DNA from: Pirellulales bacterium
GTDB taxonomy: Bacteria > Planctomycetota > Planctomycetia > Pirellulales > JAICIG01
DNA: 64,000 bases
Assembly (NCBI GenBank): GCA_040901675.1
Contig: JBBDYJ010000038.1
Span: 32,001 to 96,000 of the forward strand
Direction of reading: 5' to 3'
Of this stretch, positions 12,698 to 21,719 are shown piece by piece. How positions within the stretch are numbered: position 1 is the first letter of the stretch; each line of letters begins with the position of its first letter. A model generated the notes under the pieces. That model saw nothing but the letters and a program-made list of their open reading frames with translations, was not told the origin of the DNA and made no database searches. Made by a program: the position numbers and the translations under genes.

Positions 12698-13891
12698 CTA
12701 TCTGCCGGCCGCCAGGAACTTGATGCAGACCGGCTTGGGCACGTCGATCGAATGGCCGGTCGGCTCCAGCTCGCCGCTGGCGGGCTCGATGCGAAAAACG
12801 ACGATGTTGTCCGACTCCTGGTTGGCCGCCAACAGGTACGAGCCCGTCGGGTCGATCGAAAAGTTGCGGGGCGTCTTGCCGCCCGTCGGCTGCTGGCCCC
12901 TCGACTTCAGGCGGCCCGTGTCCGCATCGACCGAAAAGATCGCGATGCTGTCGTGACCCCGGTTCGATCCATAGACGAACTTGCCCGATGGGTGTACCTG
13001 CACTTCAGCCGTAGAGTTGGCGGGCGTGTAATCTTCTGGCAAAGTCGAAATCGTTTGAGTCGCCTCGAGCACGCCGCGGTTGGCGTCGTAGGCCAGCGCG
13101 GTCACGGTCGAAGCCAGCTCGTTGATCACGTAGGCCCACCGGCCCGACGGATGGAACGCGAAGTGCCTCGGTCCCGCGCCATCCGCAACCGACGCCGAGG
13201 GCGGGTTGTTGGGCACCAGCTTGGCGCTGGCGGCGTCGAACTTGTACACCAGCACCTTGTCCAAACCCAGGTCGGCGGCAAAGGCGAACTGGTTGGCCGG
13301 GTCGAGGTTGATCGAGTGGGCGTGCGGCCCTTCCTGCCGCTGCGGGTTGACGCTCTTGCCTTCGTGCCGGATGGCGCTGGCCGCTTTCGCCAGCCGCCCG
13401 TCGGACCCGATCGGCAGCGAGGCCACGCTGCCGCCGCCGTAATTGGCCACCAGCACCGCCTTGCCCGACGCATCGACGACCAGGTGGCACGGCCCGCTCC
13501 CTTCGGAAGGCTGCTGGTTGAGCAGCTTCAGGCGGCCCGTCTCGGCTTCGATCGAAAAGGCGCTCACCCCGCCGGTCTTCTTGCCGTCCAGCTCGCTGAT
13601 CTCGCTGACCGCGTACAAAAAGGGGCGGTTCGGGTGCAGTGCCACGAACGACGGGTTGCTGGTGGCGGCCGCCAGCTCGGGCGCCGTCAGGCTGCCGTCA
13701 GCCAGGTCGAGCCGGCTGGTATAGATTCCTTCGCTCGCACCTCCCGTGTACGTGCCGATATACAGCCGCAGTGTTCCTTCTTTCCCATCGCCGTTCTCCA
13801 CCTGTCCCTCCCAGGCGTGTGTGTTAAATGCCGAGCAAAGCACGATCACGGCCAGCGACGTGCGAAAACCGAGCCGGCAGCGTCGAATCAT
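12698..13891 (-). CDS. Lactonase family protein (6-phosphogluconolactonase-like beta-propeller)
   Basis: YIGTYT, NPSF, GPCH, ANYGGG, PHAH, GPRHFAF, SNRGHDSI, PRNF; start approximate. Confidence 0.9.
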   Translation of the reverse strand: MIRRCRLGFRTSLAVIVLCSAFNTHAWEGQVENGDGKEGTLRLYIGTYTGGASEGIYTSRLDLADGSLTAPELAAATSNPSFVALHPNRPFLYAVSEISELDGKKTGGVSAFSIEAETGRLKLLNQQPSEGSGPCHLVVDASGKAVLVANYGGGSVASLPIGSDGRLAKAASAIRHEGKSVNPQRQEGPHAHSINLDPANQFAFAADLGLDKVLVYKFDAASAKLVPNNPPSASVADGAGPRHFAFHPSGRWAYVINELASTVTALAYDANRGVLEATQTISTLPEDYTPANSTAEVQVHPSGKFVYGSNRGHDSIAIFSVDADTGRLKSRGQQPTGGKTPRNFSIDPTGSYLLAANQESDNIVVFRIEPASGELEPTGHSIDVPKPVCIKFLAAGR

Positions 13892-13996
13892 GGTGCGTTG
13901 TAGAACGGAATTCATTCCGTTTCCTCCTGTTTTCGTTTCCTCTGCGTTTGGATTCCCCACGTACAACCGAATTCACTTTCCTTCTGCCTTCACCCC

Positions 13997-14190
13997 GGGT
14001 GCCTGGCGGCAAAGCGGACTTCGGACTTCGGCGAGCTCAGTCGAGTCGCGAGCTCAGTCGAGTCGTAGCGTGCCCCAGTCCTCGTCCGTCTGGTTCCTCC
14101 TTCCTCCGTCATCCTTCCTCCTTCTGCCTTCATCCTTTCGTCCCCCCTTCCCCCGCTCCCCCCTTCCCCCCTTCCTCCTTCTTCCTTCCC
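13997..14190 (+). repeat. Composite REP-like element (GGGTGCCTGG...TGCCCCAG with nested CGAGCTCAGTCGAG modules) plus CT-rich tail
   Basis: Related copies at 24407, 56079, 56224, 58512 and 60964. Confidence 0.75.
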
Positions 14191-15329
14191 ACCCCGAACT
14201 GGTCGCCGGCCCGAACCGGCCGGCCATCTTCAAAAACGATCTCCAGCATCTTTTCGCTCTGCACGTCCTGGCCGGTCTCATCTTTCAACTGGGCCACAAT
14301 CTGGCGCGTCTCCCGATTGATGACGTCGCCGGTCGAAGGGTAAACGTAACGCCCGTCGATGCTGAACGTTACCCAGCCAGGCTGGTCGCGCAGGGCCACG
14401 CTGCCAACGGGCATGGGCGGCATCCGCGTGGCGTCGAAGATGTGCAATCGGCTATTGGCCGCGTCGGTCAGCCACAGTTCCTGCTCGTCGGGCGTCAGTC
14501 CGATGCCGTGGCTGGGGCAGCCGTGCCGCTTGGTCGGTCCCTTCTCATATCCCTGCACCTCGACCCGGTGCAGCATCCGACCGCTTTCGATATCGCCGAT
14601 TTCGAACCCCAGCAGGTCGTTCACGTTCACGTAGCACCGCCGCTGCCGGCCATCGACCGTGAACGGCCGCACGCTGGCGCTGAACGGCCCCACCGTCGCC
14701 CGGACCGTATGGCTGCTCGTGTCGGCCACGCTCAAGAGCGGCGACTTGAGTCCCGCCAGGTAGGCCCGCGACCCGTCGAGGCCGTACACCGTGTTGTGGG
14801 CCCCCGAGTCGGTGACCACCTTGTGGAGCACGTCGCCCGTGGCGGCATCGACGACCAGCCAGTGCGGTCCCTCCAGCGAAGGCAGGTAAATAATGTCGCC
14901 GGCCGGCGCGATGGCCATCCGGTCGCAGCCGCCTTCGTACTTTTTCTCCCAGAGAATCTGTTCGGTCACCAGGTCGAGGCACATCAACTGCGCGATGGTG
15001 CTGATATAGATCCGTCCCGTGGCCGCATTGGCGCAGACGCCCTTGACGTTCAGCGGCTTGCCGTCCGGATCGAGGCCGGCCGTGGCGATCCGCTTGACGA
15101 AGCGGTGCCCCCGGTCGATATCGAACACCAGCAGCCCATGGCCCCCGTATTCCAGGTAGTTGCGAATGCCGGGCGTGGCCACGTACAACCGCCGCGCCGG
15201 TTCGGCGGCCCCGGCGGCGGCGCCCGGCCGGTCGAACGCCACCCAGGCCGCCAGCAGCCCCATGATCAGCAGCGACAAGCGGAACAAGCGGAGGGTCTTC
15301 AATTTTGGGCTCCGTCGATTGGGCTTCAC
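14130..15329 (-). CDS. YncE-like secreted beta-propeller protein
   Basis: Signal-like N-terminus, repeated beta-strand blades, HGIGLTPDEQELW; start approximate. Confidence 0.75.
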   Translation of the reverse strand: MKPNRRSPKLKTLRLFRLSLLIMGLLAAWVAFDRPGAAAGAAEPARRLYVATPGIRNYLEYGGHGLLVFDIDRGHRFVKRIATAGLDPDGKPLNVKGVCANAATGRIYISTIAQLMCLDLVTEQILWEKKYEGGCDRMAIAPAGDIIYLPSLEGPHWLVVDAATGDVLHKVVTDSGAHNTVYGLDGSRAYLAGLKSPLLSVADTSSHTVRATVGPFSASVRPFTVDGRQRRCYVNVNDLLGFEIGDIESGRMLHRVEVQGYEKGPTKRHGCPSHGIGLTPDEQELWLTDAANSRLHIFDATRMPPMPVGSVALRDQPGWVTFSIDGRYVYPSTGDVINRETRQIVAQLKDETGQDVQSEKMLEIVFEDGRPVRAGDQFGVGRKKEEGGKGGAGEGGTKG

Positions 15330-15457
15330 GAGCGATTGAGCTTGAGTCCTGGAACAGCGGTGCCAGCATACCATGCCGGAAGCGCCGTTTCACGCTTCTT
15401 CCGGTTCTGTCCCATCGGTTTGCAACCCGGTAGAATAATCGCGAGCTCGTGAACCCA

Positions 15458-15643
15458 ATGCAGGATGAAGCCGCGTACATCTGCGACTCTTGTGGCGAAG
15501 AGATCGTGGTGCCCCTCGACGTATCGGCTGGCTCGACCCAGGAGTACGTCGAGGACTGCCCGGTTTGCTGCCGGCCCAACGTCATCCACGCCGAAGTCGA
15601 CGAGGAGGGGAATGTCCGCGTCTGGGCTGAAGCGGAACACTGA
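15458..15643 (+). CDS. CPXCG-motif cysteine-rich protein
   Basis: CDSCGE...YVEDCPVCCRPN. Confidence 0.85.
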   Translation: MQDEAAYICDSCGEEIVVPLDVSAGSTQEYVEDCPVCCRPNVIHAEVDEEGNVRVWAEAEH

Positions 15644-15772
15644 GCAATATGTCATGACGCGTTGCACTGTGCCACTGCTTGAAGGCTGCCGCGCATACGC
15701 GGCGGCCGCGAAGCAGTGCCGTCGTCGTGTCGCATGGATGATTTGGCCGATGTGCCGGCGTCAGCCGGCCCA

Positions 15773-15860
15773 GCCCCAGCGGGGCGAAAGTCAATAGCCG
15801 GGCGGCGTAAGCCCCCGGCAGCGTGCCACCAACACCGTCGTAGGCCCCGAAGTGGGCGAC
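15773..15860 (+). repeat. Palindromic repeat element (GGGGCGAAAGTCAATAGCCGGG...CCCCCGG...ACACCGTCGTAGGCCCCG)
   Basis: Closely related copy at 24322-24390. Confidence 0.7.
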
Positions 15861-16195
15861 AGCGATCGTCCACGCAGATTACGTGGCACGCGATCGCTCA
15901 TCCCGCCGACCGCGAGCAGCCAATCTTTTCCGGCGTGCGCAGCAGCCCCCCGGTCTGCACACGGATTCACGGTGGCGGCCTCAGCCGCGGCGACCGGTCG
16001 GTCAAGCGCCATCCACGCCGCGAGCACCCCCGTAGACGAGCACGTTTCCCGCCAATCCCCCCGCCACGCCCACTTCAGTGGGTGATCCGCAGTGCGGCGG
16101 GGCGCGCAAGCCAAACAGAACACTGGGCATATACACTATCCCCTATTTAATGCAGGCCAGGTTTTTATTATTGTCAGCTTCCTGCGGGGATCAGC

Positions 16196-16582
16196 ATGGC
16201 TTGGCAGCCCTCCAGCCGCGATTGGGCCGATGCCTGGACCAGCATGAACCCTTGGCATAGCGAGGGTCGCGTCCCCGCGCCCCTTGCGAAGCCCCGAAAG
16301 CGGCCCCTTGCGGAGGCACTGTGGCGGACGCTAGCCACACCGATTGTCGACCGTTTCCAGTTGGTCATCGGGCCGCGCAGAGTCGGCAAGACGGTAGCGA
16401 TGTACCGGAAAACGTTTTACGACGAGAGGTGGCCGCTCCGCATTATCGCCACTTCGAGTGCCACCGCCGCGCTGCGGGAAGGCCGACTGGAAACTGCCAA
16501 GCATTTCCTCCCGCTCAAGCAGCGTCACGCCGACCCGCTTCAAGCTATCGACGAAGATACTTATGCCAAAGTGGTATACTAA
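16196..16582 (+). pseudogene. Internally deleted AAA-type ATP-binding protein remnant
   Basis: Walker A (IGPRRVGKT) runs almost directly into a downstream IIATSS-like segment; far too short for the family. Confidence 0.6.
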
Positions 16583-16685
16583 TTCCTCAGCGAAGGTCAT
16601 GGCTTCCTCGTCGCGTGGACAGCTCGATCCGATGGCGGCTCGTGTTGCAGCATGAGATGCCGGCCAACTCTCTCCCCGGTGCCCT

Positions 16686-17027
16686 ATGCCCAACTATGAG
16701 GACATGGAAGAACGTGAACGCCCCACCGGCCGCTCCGACATCCCTACGCCTTCTGAGCTGTCCGAGTTCCTGCATCTCGTCCGCTTCTTCGTGCTACTAC
16801 TGATCGCATTGATTCTTCTGGCTGCGTGTGCTCTGCTTCCGATCGTGGTAGCCGAGAAGGCGTCCCCCTGGCTAGGGCTGGTTATGGCAGCAGGCGGCTT
16901 CTGGGTGTGGAGCCGCTTCGGCCCTCGACCGGGGCCGGGGTTGGTGCCAGGCGCGCTTTGCGTCAGCGGCTTCGCCGCTATCGTCGTATCATTCGTGACG
17001 TGTGCGGTTCTCGCCGTTCGTGGCTGA
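16686..17027 (+). CDS. Small membrane protein
   Basis: Three hydrophobic segments. Confidence 0.55.
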   Translation: MPNYEDMEERERPTGRSDIPTPSELSEFLHLVRFFVLLLIALILLAACALLPIVVAEKASPWLGLVMAAGGFWVWSRFGPRPGPGLVPGALCVSGFAAIVVSFVTCAVLAVRG

Positions 17028-17175
17028 CTCGGCTGCGCGCCGCTGCCGTTCCTCCTTCCAGCGGCGATACTCCCGCTCGTTCGGCTCTTTCGCAGGCTGC
17101 AACGCGGGTAGAATCATCCCGGCCGCGGCAACCAGAAGCAACACGCCGGCGATCCAACGTAGTTTCATGGTCCAC
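16989..17175 (-). CDS. Small hypothetical exported protein
   Basis: MKLRWIAGVLLLVAAAG... signal-like sequence, charged tail. Confidence 0.35.
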
Positions 17176-17402
17176 ATTCTAACCCCCCTGCCACCACCGG
17201 CGCACAAAAACGCGCCCTCTTCGCGATTATGACCGCATTCAACAGACCGCTGCAACCCCCGCGGCCTGGGAACGATTGTGCCACAAAACCTGCGTCATTC
17301 CTCCATGCTTCTCTTTGTCCGTCTTCGTGTTCCTCGTGATCTTGGTGGTTTCTTCTTCTTCGTTTCTTTGTCTTTGCGTCTTCACGCCTTTGCGAGAGAA
17401 CG

Positions 17403-17729
17403 CTAAACGAACAGAAAAGCGCTGGCCAGGATTCCCAGCAGCCATGGCCAGTGCCGAAACGGCACGAAGAACAACGAATGAGCCGGCCGCAGCGTCACTT
17501 CCTCGCCCGTTTCGACATCGATCAGGACGCGGCCCGTCTCTCGGTTCACGGACCTCGCCGCCACCCAGACGATCGACGCGGCCGTGAGCAGTCCAGCGGC
17601 CTTGGGCCAGCCGTGCTCCTGGTAATACCTGTCGTCGTCGAGAGCTGCCTCAACAGTAAACTCGGCGAGCAGCAGGCATCCGAACGTGATGACCGCGATC
17701 CAGAAGCCCTTTCCGCTCCAAATGATCAT
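17403..17729 (-). CDS. Hypothetical membrane protein
   Basis: MIIWSGKG...HSLFFVPFRHW, three TM segments. Confidence 0.7.
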   Translation of the reverse strand: MIIWSGKGFWIAVITFGCLLLAEFTVEAALDDDRYYQEHGWPKAAGLLTAASIVWVAARSVNRETGRVLIDVETGEEVTLRPAHSLFFVPFRHWPWLLGILASAFLFV

Positions 17730-17769
17730 GAATCGGCCTCTGTCGCGCTGCCGGGGCCGGGATGGGAAT

Positions 17770-18132
17770 TCATCGGACCAGCCTCAGCCACGAATCGGTA
17801 TGGCCACACCGATGAACGATTGAATCGTGATCGAGCCATTTCATGATTTTATCTTCACCGAGATCGTCGCCGCATTCTTCCCCAAAGCGGTAGTAAATCA
17901 CGGTTGGCGTCATCACCACGTAGCACTTTGTCAGGATTTCGGTGTTCTCGGACGCCGCCACGTTGAGCGACCCAAAGGCGACCAGCTCCTCGAACGTTTG
18001 TGCAACGGCAGAGAATTCGCGGAGTATCGCGTCGATCCGGCGATCGTTCGGGGTGAAGTAGACCACCGCTGTGACGGGTTGCCGTCGAATGAAGGCTTCG
18101 ATGCTCTCGGAGTTGAGTTCGATGACTCGCAT
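17770..18132 (-). CDS. Thioredoxin-fold-like protein without CxxC
   Basis: Trx-like pattern (VVYF...FGSLNV...VVMTPTVIYY..GE). Confidence 0.55.
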   Translation of the reverse strand: MRVIELNSESIEAFIRRQPVTAVVYFTPNDRRIDAILREFSAVAQTFEELVAFGSLNVAASENTEILTKCYVVMTPTVIYYRFGEECGDDLGEDKIMKWLDHDSIVHRCGHTDSWLRLVR

Positions 18133-18549
18133 TCAGCCCTCTTCTCTTCGCATGAGGTAATCGGAGAGCCCTGCTGTCAGGTGCAGCGACCGCCGGCTTG
18201 CACCCGTCGGTTGCTGGATGGTCTAGTTATTGTCCGCTTTGCGCCAGGTGCCTGCAAGCATCTTGGGCGAGGCCAGCGTCACCGACCTGCGTGCCGCTCA
18301 GGTACAACGTCGCAGGCCGTCAGCCTGGCCAGATGCGCACGGCCCGAGCCGGTCGGATAGCGCCTCGGACCAACCGAACAGAACGCCCCGCCGGTGGTCT
18401 CTTCGTCCTCGTCTTTGCGTCTTTGCGCCTTTGCGAGAGAATCTCCCCCGAGAGGACGTGCCGGTGGTGCCACGAGAGCGGATGACCAGCGTCAGTTGCC
18501 GGTCGGGCGCCAGGCATCGAGCTTGAAAAAATCGCCGGCTGCGGTGCCC

Positions 18550-18990
18550 TTAGCTCCCGCACTCCACCGATTCGGGCTCTTCCGTGCCCAGCCATAGACA
18601 GGCTTGCTTGCCGGCGATGCCGACCAGGTCGATGGCCAGCCGCTTATCGCCCATGTCGAGCACGACTCTCGAGCCCGGCTCCAGCTCGTGGGCGATCGCA
18701 ATCGACTGCCACGGTGCATCGTAGCATTGCCGCATCACCTTGAACTCGGGCTCCGCGTTGGGCCGTTGGATGTCCATCAACCCCGGCGGATCGTCGGTCT
18801 TCACGATCAGCGCGCCGCTGGTCAGCTCGACTTGGGCATGGTGCGACCCGAAGGCGAACGAGTAGGCTTCTCCCACGTTGACGGACAGCATCGCGATCTC
18901 CCGGCAGAAGTGAGCCCAGCGGAAATGAGTCGGTCCGGACCTCCCGGAGCTGCCGACCAGGCGGCTCAACATTGAATCTTTCGTAAGCAT
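18550..18990 (-). CDS. Hypothetical protein
   Basis: Open frame with AGGAGG upstream; start uncertain. Confidence 0.4.
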   Translation of the reverse strand: MLTKDSMLSRLVGSSGRSGPTHFRWAHFCREIAMLSVNVGEAYSFAFGSHHAQVELTSGALIVKTDDPPGLMDIQRPNAEPEFKVMRQCYDAPWQSIAIAHELEPGSRVVLDMGDKRLAIDLVGIAGKQACLWLGTEEPESVECGS

Positions 18991-19005
18991 ACATCACCCC
19001 TCCTT

Positions 19006-19093
19006 TGCGCAAACGCGCAAAATCGACTTGCAAAAGTCGCCCTTTCCAGTGCGCGAACGCGCAAAATCGACCTGCAAAAGTCGCCCTTTCCAG
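19006..19093. repeat. 44-bp tandem duplication (2 copies, 2 mismatches)
   Basis: TGCGC(A/G)AACGCGCAAAATCGAC(T/C)TGCAAAAGTCGCCCTTTCCAG twice. Confidence 0.85.
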
Positions 19094-19150
19094 CGGCGAG
19101 GCGACTACGAGCGGCCGGTGCAACGGCGACGAGCGACCGTTTAGTCGGAA

Positions 19151-19315
19151 TCAGTTTTTTTCGCGTCCGGCAGGTCTACGCGGGAAGCCATGTGAGCCGT
19201 GATGGACCACGCTCACAATGGCCACCGCGCCGAGCAGCGTCGAAAGGCTGTACTGCCGCCAGCTCCACCGCCGCTTCCGCGGCTTGTTTGGCCCAGGTGT
19301 TTCCATGCCCGCCAT
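19151..19315 (-). pseudogene. Truncated duplicate of the N-terminus of the adjacent LRR gene
   Basis: MAGMETPGPNKPRKRRWSWRQYSLSTLL versus MAGMETSGPGKPRKRRWSWRQYSLSTLL. Confidence 0.7.
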
Positions 19316-19459
19316 TCTCCGGTTCGTCGGAAAGCGTTGCAAGCGTTCCGGCGCAATCCCAAGTGGACGATCCATGTGGAATCGTGGCCCGCTGCGCCAG
19401 CCGGTCGCACGTGGCCGTCGCGTCCACACGCGCCGCCGGCCGGACGCGGGCGGGATGCC

Positions 19460-20479
19460 CTAATAGTGCGAGACGCGACAGTTCGGCAGAGCTTGCCGCA
19501 ACCTGTTGCAACCATCGTTCGAGACCCGTGTATCTTGCAGCAACAGCTTTTGCAACCTCGTCAGCCCGGCCAGATGCGCAAGGCCAGCGTCGGTTACCGG
19601 GGTCTTGTTCAGCCTCAGCGATTCCAGGCTCGTCAGCGCCGTCAGATGCGCCAGGCCGGCGTCGGTCACGCGCGTGCCATTCAGGTACAGCTCTTGAAGG
19701 TTCGACAGCCCAGCCAGGCGGACCAGACCGGCGTCGGTGACCCGTGTGCCGGCTAAGTGCAGTCGTTGGAGGCTCGTCAACCCTCCCAAGTGCGCAAGGC
19801 CAGCGTCGCTGACTTGCGTGCGACTGAGGCGAAGCCCTTTCAGGTTGGTGAGCCTGCCGAAATGCGCAACGCCAGCGTCCGTCACTTGTCCGCGGTCCAA
19901 GTAGAGCCATTGGAGGCTCGTCAGCCCACTCAGATGGGCAATCCCAGCGTCGGTAATCTGCGCGTCGCCTAACGCCAGGAATTGCAGGCTCGTCAGCCCG
20001 GCCAGGTGCGCAAGGCCAGCGTCGGTGACCTCCGTACGGTGAAGCTCTAGCGACCGCAGGCTGGTCAGCCCTTGCAGGTGCGCGAGTCCAGCGTCGGTGA
20101 CCTGCGTGCCGCCCAGTCCGCCCAGTTCCAGCCGTTGGAGATTCGTCAATCTGGCCAGGTGCGTCAGGCCGGCATCGGTCATGTCCAGTGCCCGGACATG
20201 CACCACGTCGGCAACGTAGTCCACGCCCAGCACTCGATACAGCCAGTCGGGGCTTGGCCCATGACTTGGTGTCCCGCCCTCAAAGTCATACCATACTCTT
20301 CCATGCAACTCGCGTATCGCCGCCACCGCTCGCCGCTGCCGCTCGGCGCGATGCGTCACCACCCCCAGCCCCACTCCCACGATGGTCACCACCAAGAGCA
20401 GCGTCGAAAGGCTGTACTGCCGCCAACTCCACCGCCGCTTCCGCGGCTTGCCTGGGCCGGACGTTTCCATGCCGGCCAT
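19460..20479 (-). CDS. Membrane-anchored leucine-rich repeat protein
   Basis: About nine 24-aa repeats VTDAGLAHLxGLTxLxxLxLxxTx; planctomycete-type RQYSLSTLL anchor. Confidence 0.92.
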   Translation of the reverse strand: MAGMETSGPGKPRKRRWSWRQYSLSTLLLVVTIVGVGLGVVTHRAERQRRAVAAIRELHGRVWYDFEGGTPSHGPSPDWLYRVLGVDYVADVVHVRALDMTDAGLTHLARLTNLQRLELGGLGGTQVTDAGLAHLQGLTSLRSLELHRTEVTDAGLAHLAGLTSLQFLALGDAQITDAGIAHLSGLTSLQWLYLDRGQVTDAGVAHFGRLTNLKGLRLSRTQVSDAGLAHLGGLTSLQRLHLAGTRVTDAGLVRLAGLSNLQELYLNGTRVTDAGLAHLTALTSLESLRLNKTPVTDAGLAHLAGLTRLQKLLLQDTRVSNDGCNRLRQALPNCRVSHY

Positions 20480-20753
20480 TGTCGTGTTGGGGGCGGCTGC
20501 CTGCAAACCCTCTTTGCTCGCGCCTCTCCCGATCTGCTAACATGGGCCTCTGGCCCGGCGACGCCCGCTCACTTGGCCAGAGATGAAGCGGCGTCACTAC
20601 GCAGCCAACTGAACGAGGCGGCTGCCTCGGACTTCTGACTTCTGACCTCCGACCTCTGACCTCCGACTGGGCTGTAAGTCCGCCGCAGGCGGAACCGGGC
20701 TGCAAGTCCGCCGCAGGCGGAACCTCTGTCCCCTCTCCCCCCTCTCTTCGACC

Positions 20754-21692
20754 ATGCGCATCGTCTCCCTCGTGCCCGCCGCCACCGAGATCGTAGCCGT
20801 CCTGGGTCAACTGGATCGTCTTGTGGGCGTCTCGCACGAATGCGACTACCCGCCCGAGGCGGGCGCCAGGCCGCGGGTGACCAACTGCCCGATTCATGAG
20901 ACAGGACTGATTCATGAAACAGGACTGGCGAGTGCCCAAGTAGATCGCTGGGTGCGGAAGACGCTGGCCTCCACGGGCACGCTCTACACGATGGACGAGC
21001 CTCTTCTGCGCCGCCTGCGGCCGGACGTTATTCTGACCCAGCGATTATGCGACGTTTGCGCGGTCGGCTTTGGCTCGGTGACGGCGCTGGCAGCCACCTT
21101 GCCGGGCCCTCCCCAGGTCGTGAGCCTGGAGCCTTCCTGCCTGGCCGACGTTTTCGACAATATCCGCCACGTCGCAGGGGTGCTTGAGGTGCCGGCCTGC
21201 GGAGAGGCCGCCCTCTCAGCGCTTGCCGAGCGGGTGGCGGCGGTCCAAGCGCGGCTGTCGCGGGTCTCCCATCGCCCCAAATGCTTTCTGATGGAGTGGA
21301 TCGACCCCCCTTTTTCGAGCGGCCATTGGGGGCCGGAGTTGATCGAACTCGCCGGGGGCACGGAACCGCTTGGGCTCAAGGGGAAACCGTCCGCTCGGAT
21401 TCCCTGGGAGAATGTTCTCAAGGCTCGGCCGGACGTCATCGTGCTGGCCTGTTGCGGCTACCGGCCGCACAGAACGCTCGACGACTTGCACATCCTGCAA
21501 CAGTATCCCGGCTGGGCCGATCTGCCGGCAGTCCGGAGTGGTCGGGTCTACGTGGCGGACGGGAGTGCCTACTTCAACCGGCCCGGGCCGCGCCTCGTGG
21601 ACAGCCTGGAGATGCTGGCGGAGCTCATCCACCCCGATCTCTTCGCCGGCGTTTTCCCCAACCGCGGCGTCCTGTGCGTGCCAACGGCATAA
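20754..21692 (+). CDS. BtuF-like cobalamin/iron-siderophore-type substrate-binding protein
   Basis: MRIVSLVPAATEI, GVSHECDYP, PDVILTQ.LCDVCAV, FNRPGPRL. Confidence 0.88.
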   Translation: MRIVSLVPAATEIVAVLGQLDRLVGVSHECDYPPEAGARPRVTNCPIHETGLIHETGLASAQVDRWVRKTLASTGTLYTMDEPLLRRLRPDVILTQRLCDVCAVGFGSVTALAATLPGPPQVVSLEPSCLADVFDNIRHVAGVLEVPACGEAALSALAERVAAVQARLSRVSHRPKCFLMEWIDPPFSSGHWGPELIELAGGTEPLGLKGKPSARIPWENVLKARPDVIVLACCGYRPHRTLDDLHILQQYPGWADLPAVRSGRVYVADGSAYFNRPGPRLVDSLEMLAELIHPDLFAGVFPNRGVLCVPTA

Positions 21693-21719
21693 TTGCGGCG
21701 CATCACGTTCCTACGCCGA

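Noticed and set aside
19006..19093. Possible mini-CRISPR or iterons
   Set aside because: The two copies abut with no spacer, and no rep or cas gene is nearby.
20590..20753. Cobalamin riboswitch upstream of the BtuF-like gene
   Set aside because: The region consists of TCTGACC repeats and two TCCGCC-GCA-GGCGGA hairpins; no B12 box seen.
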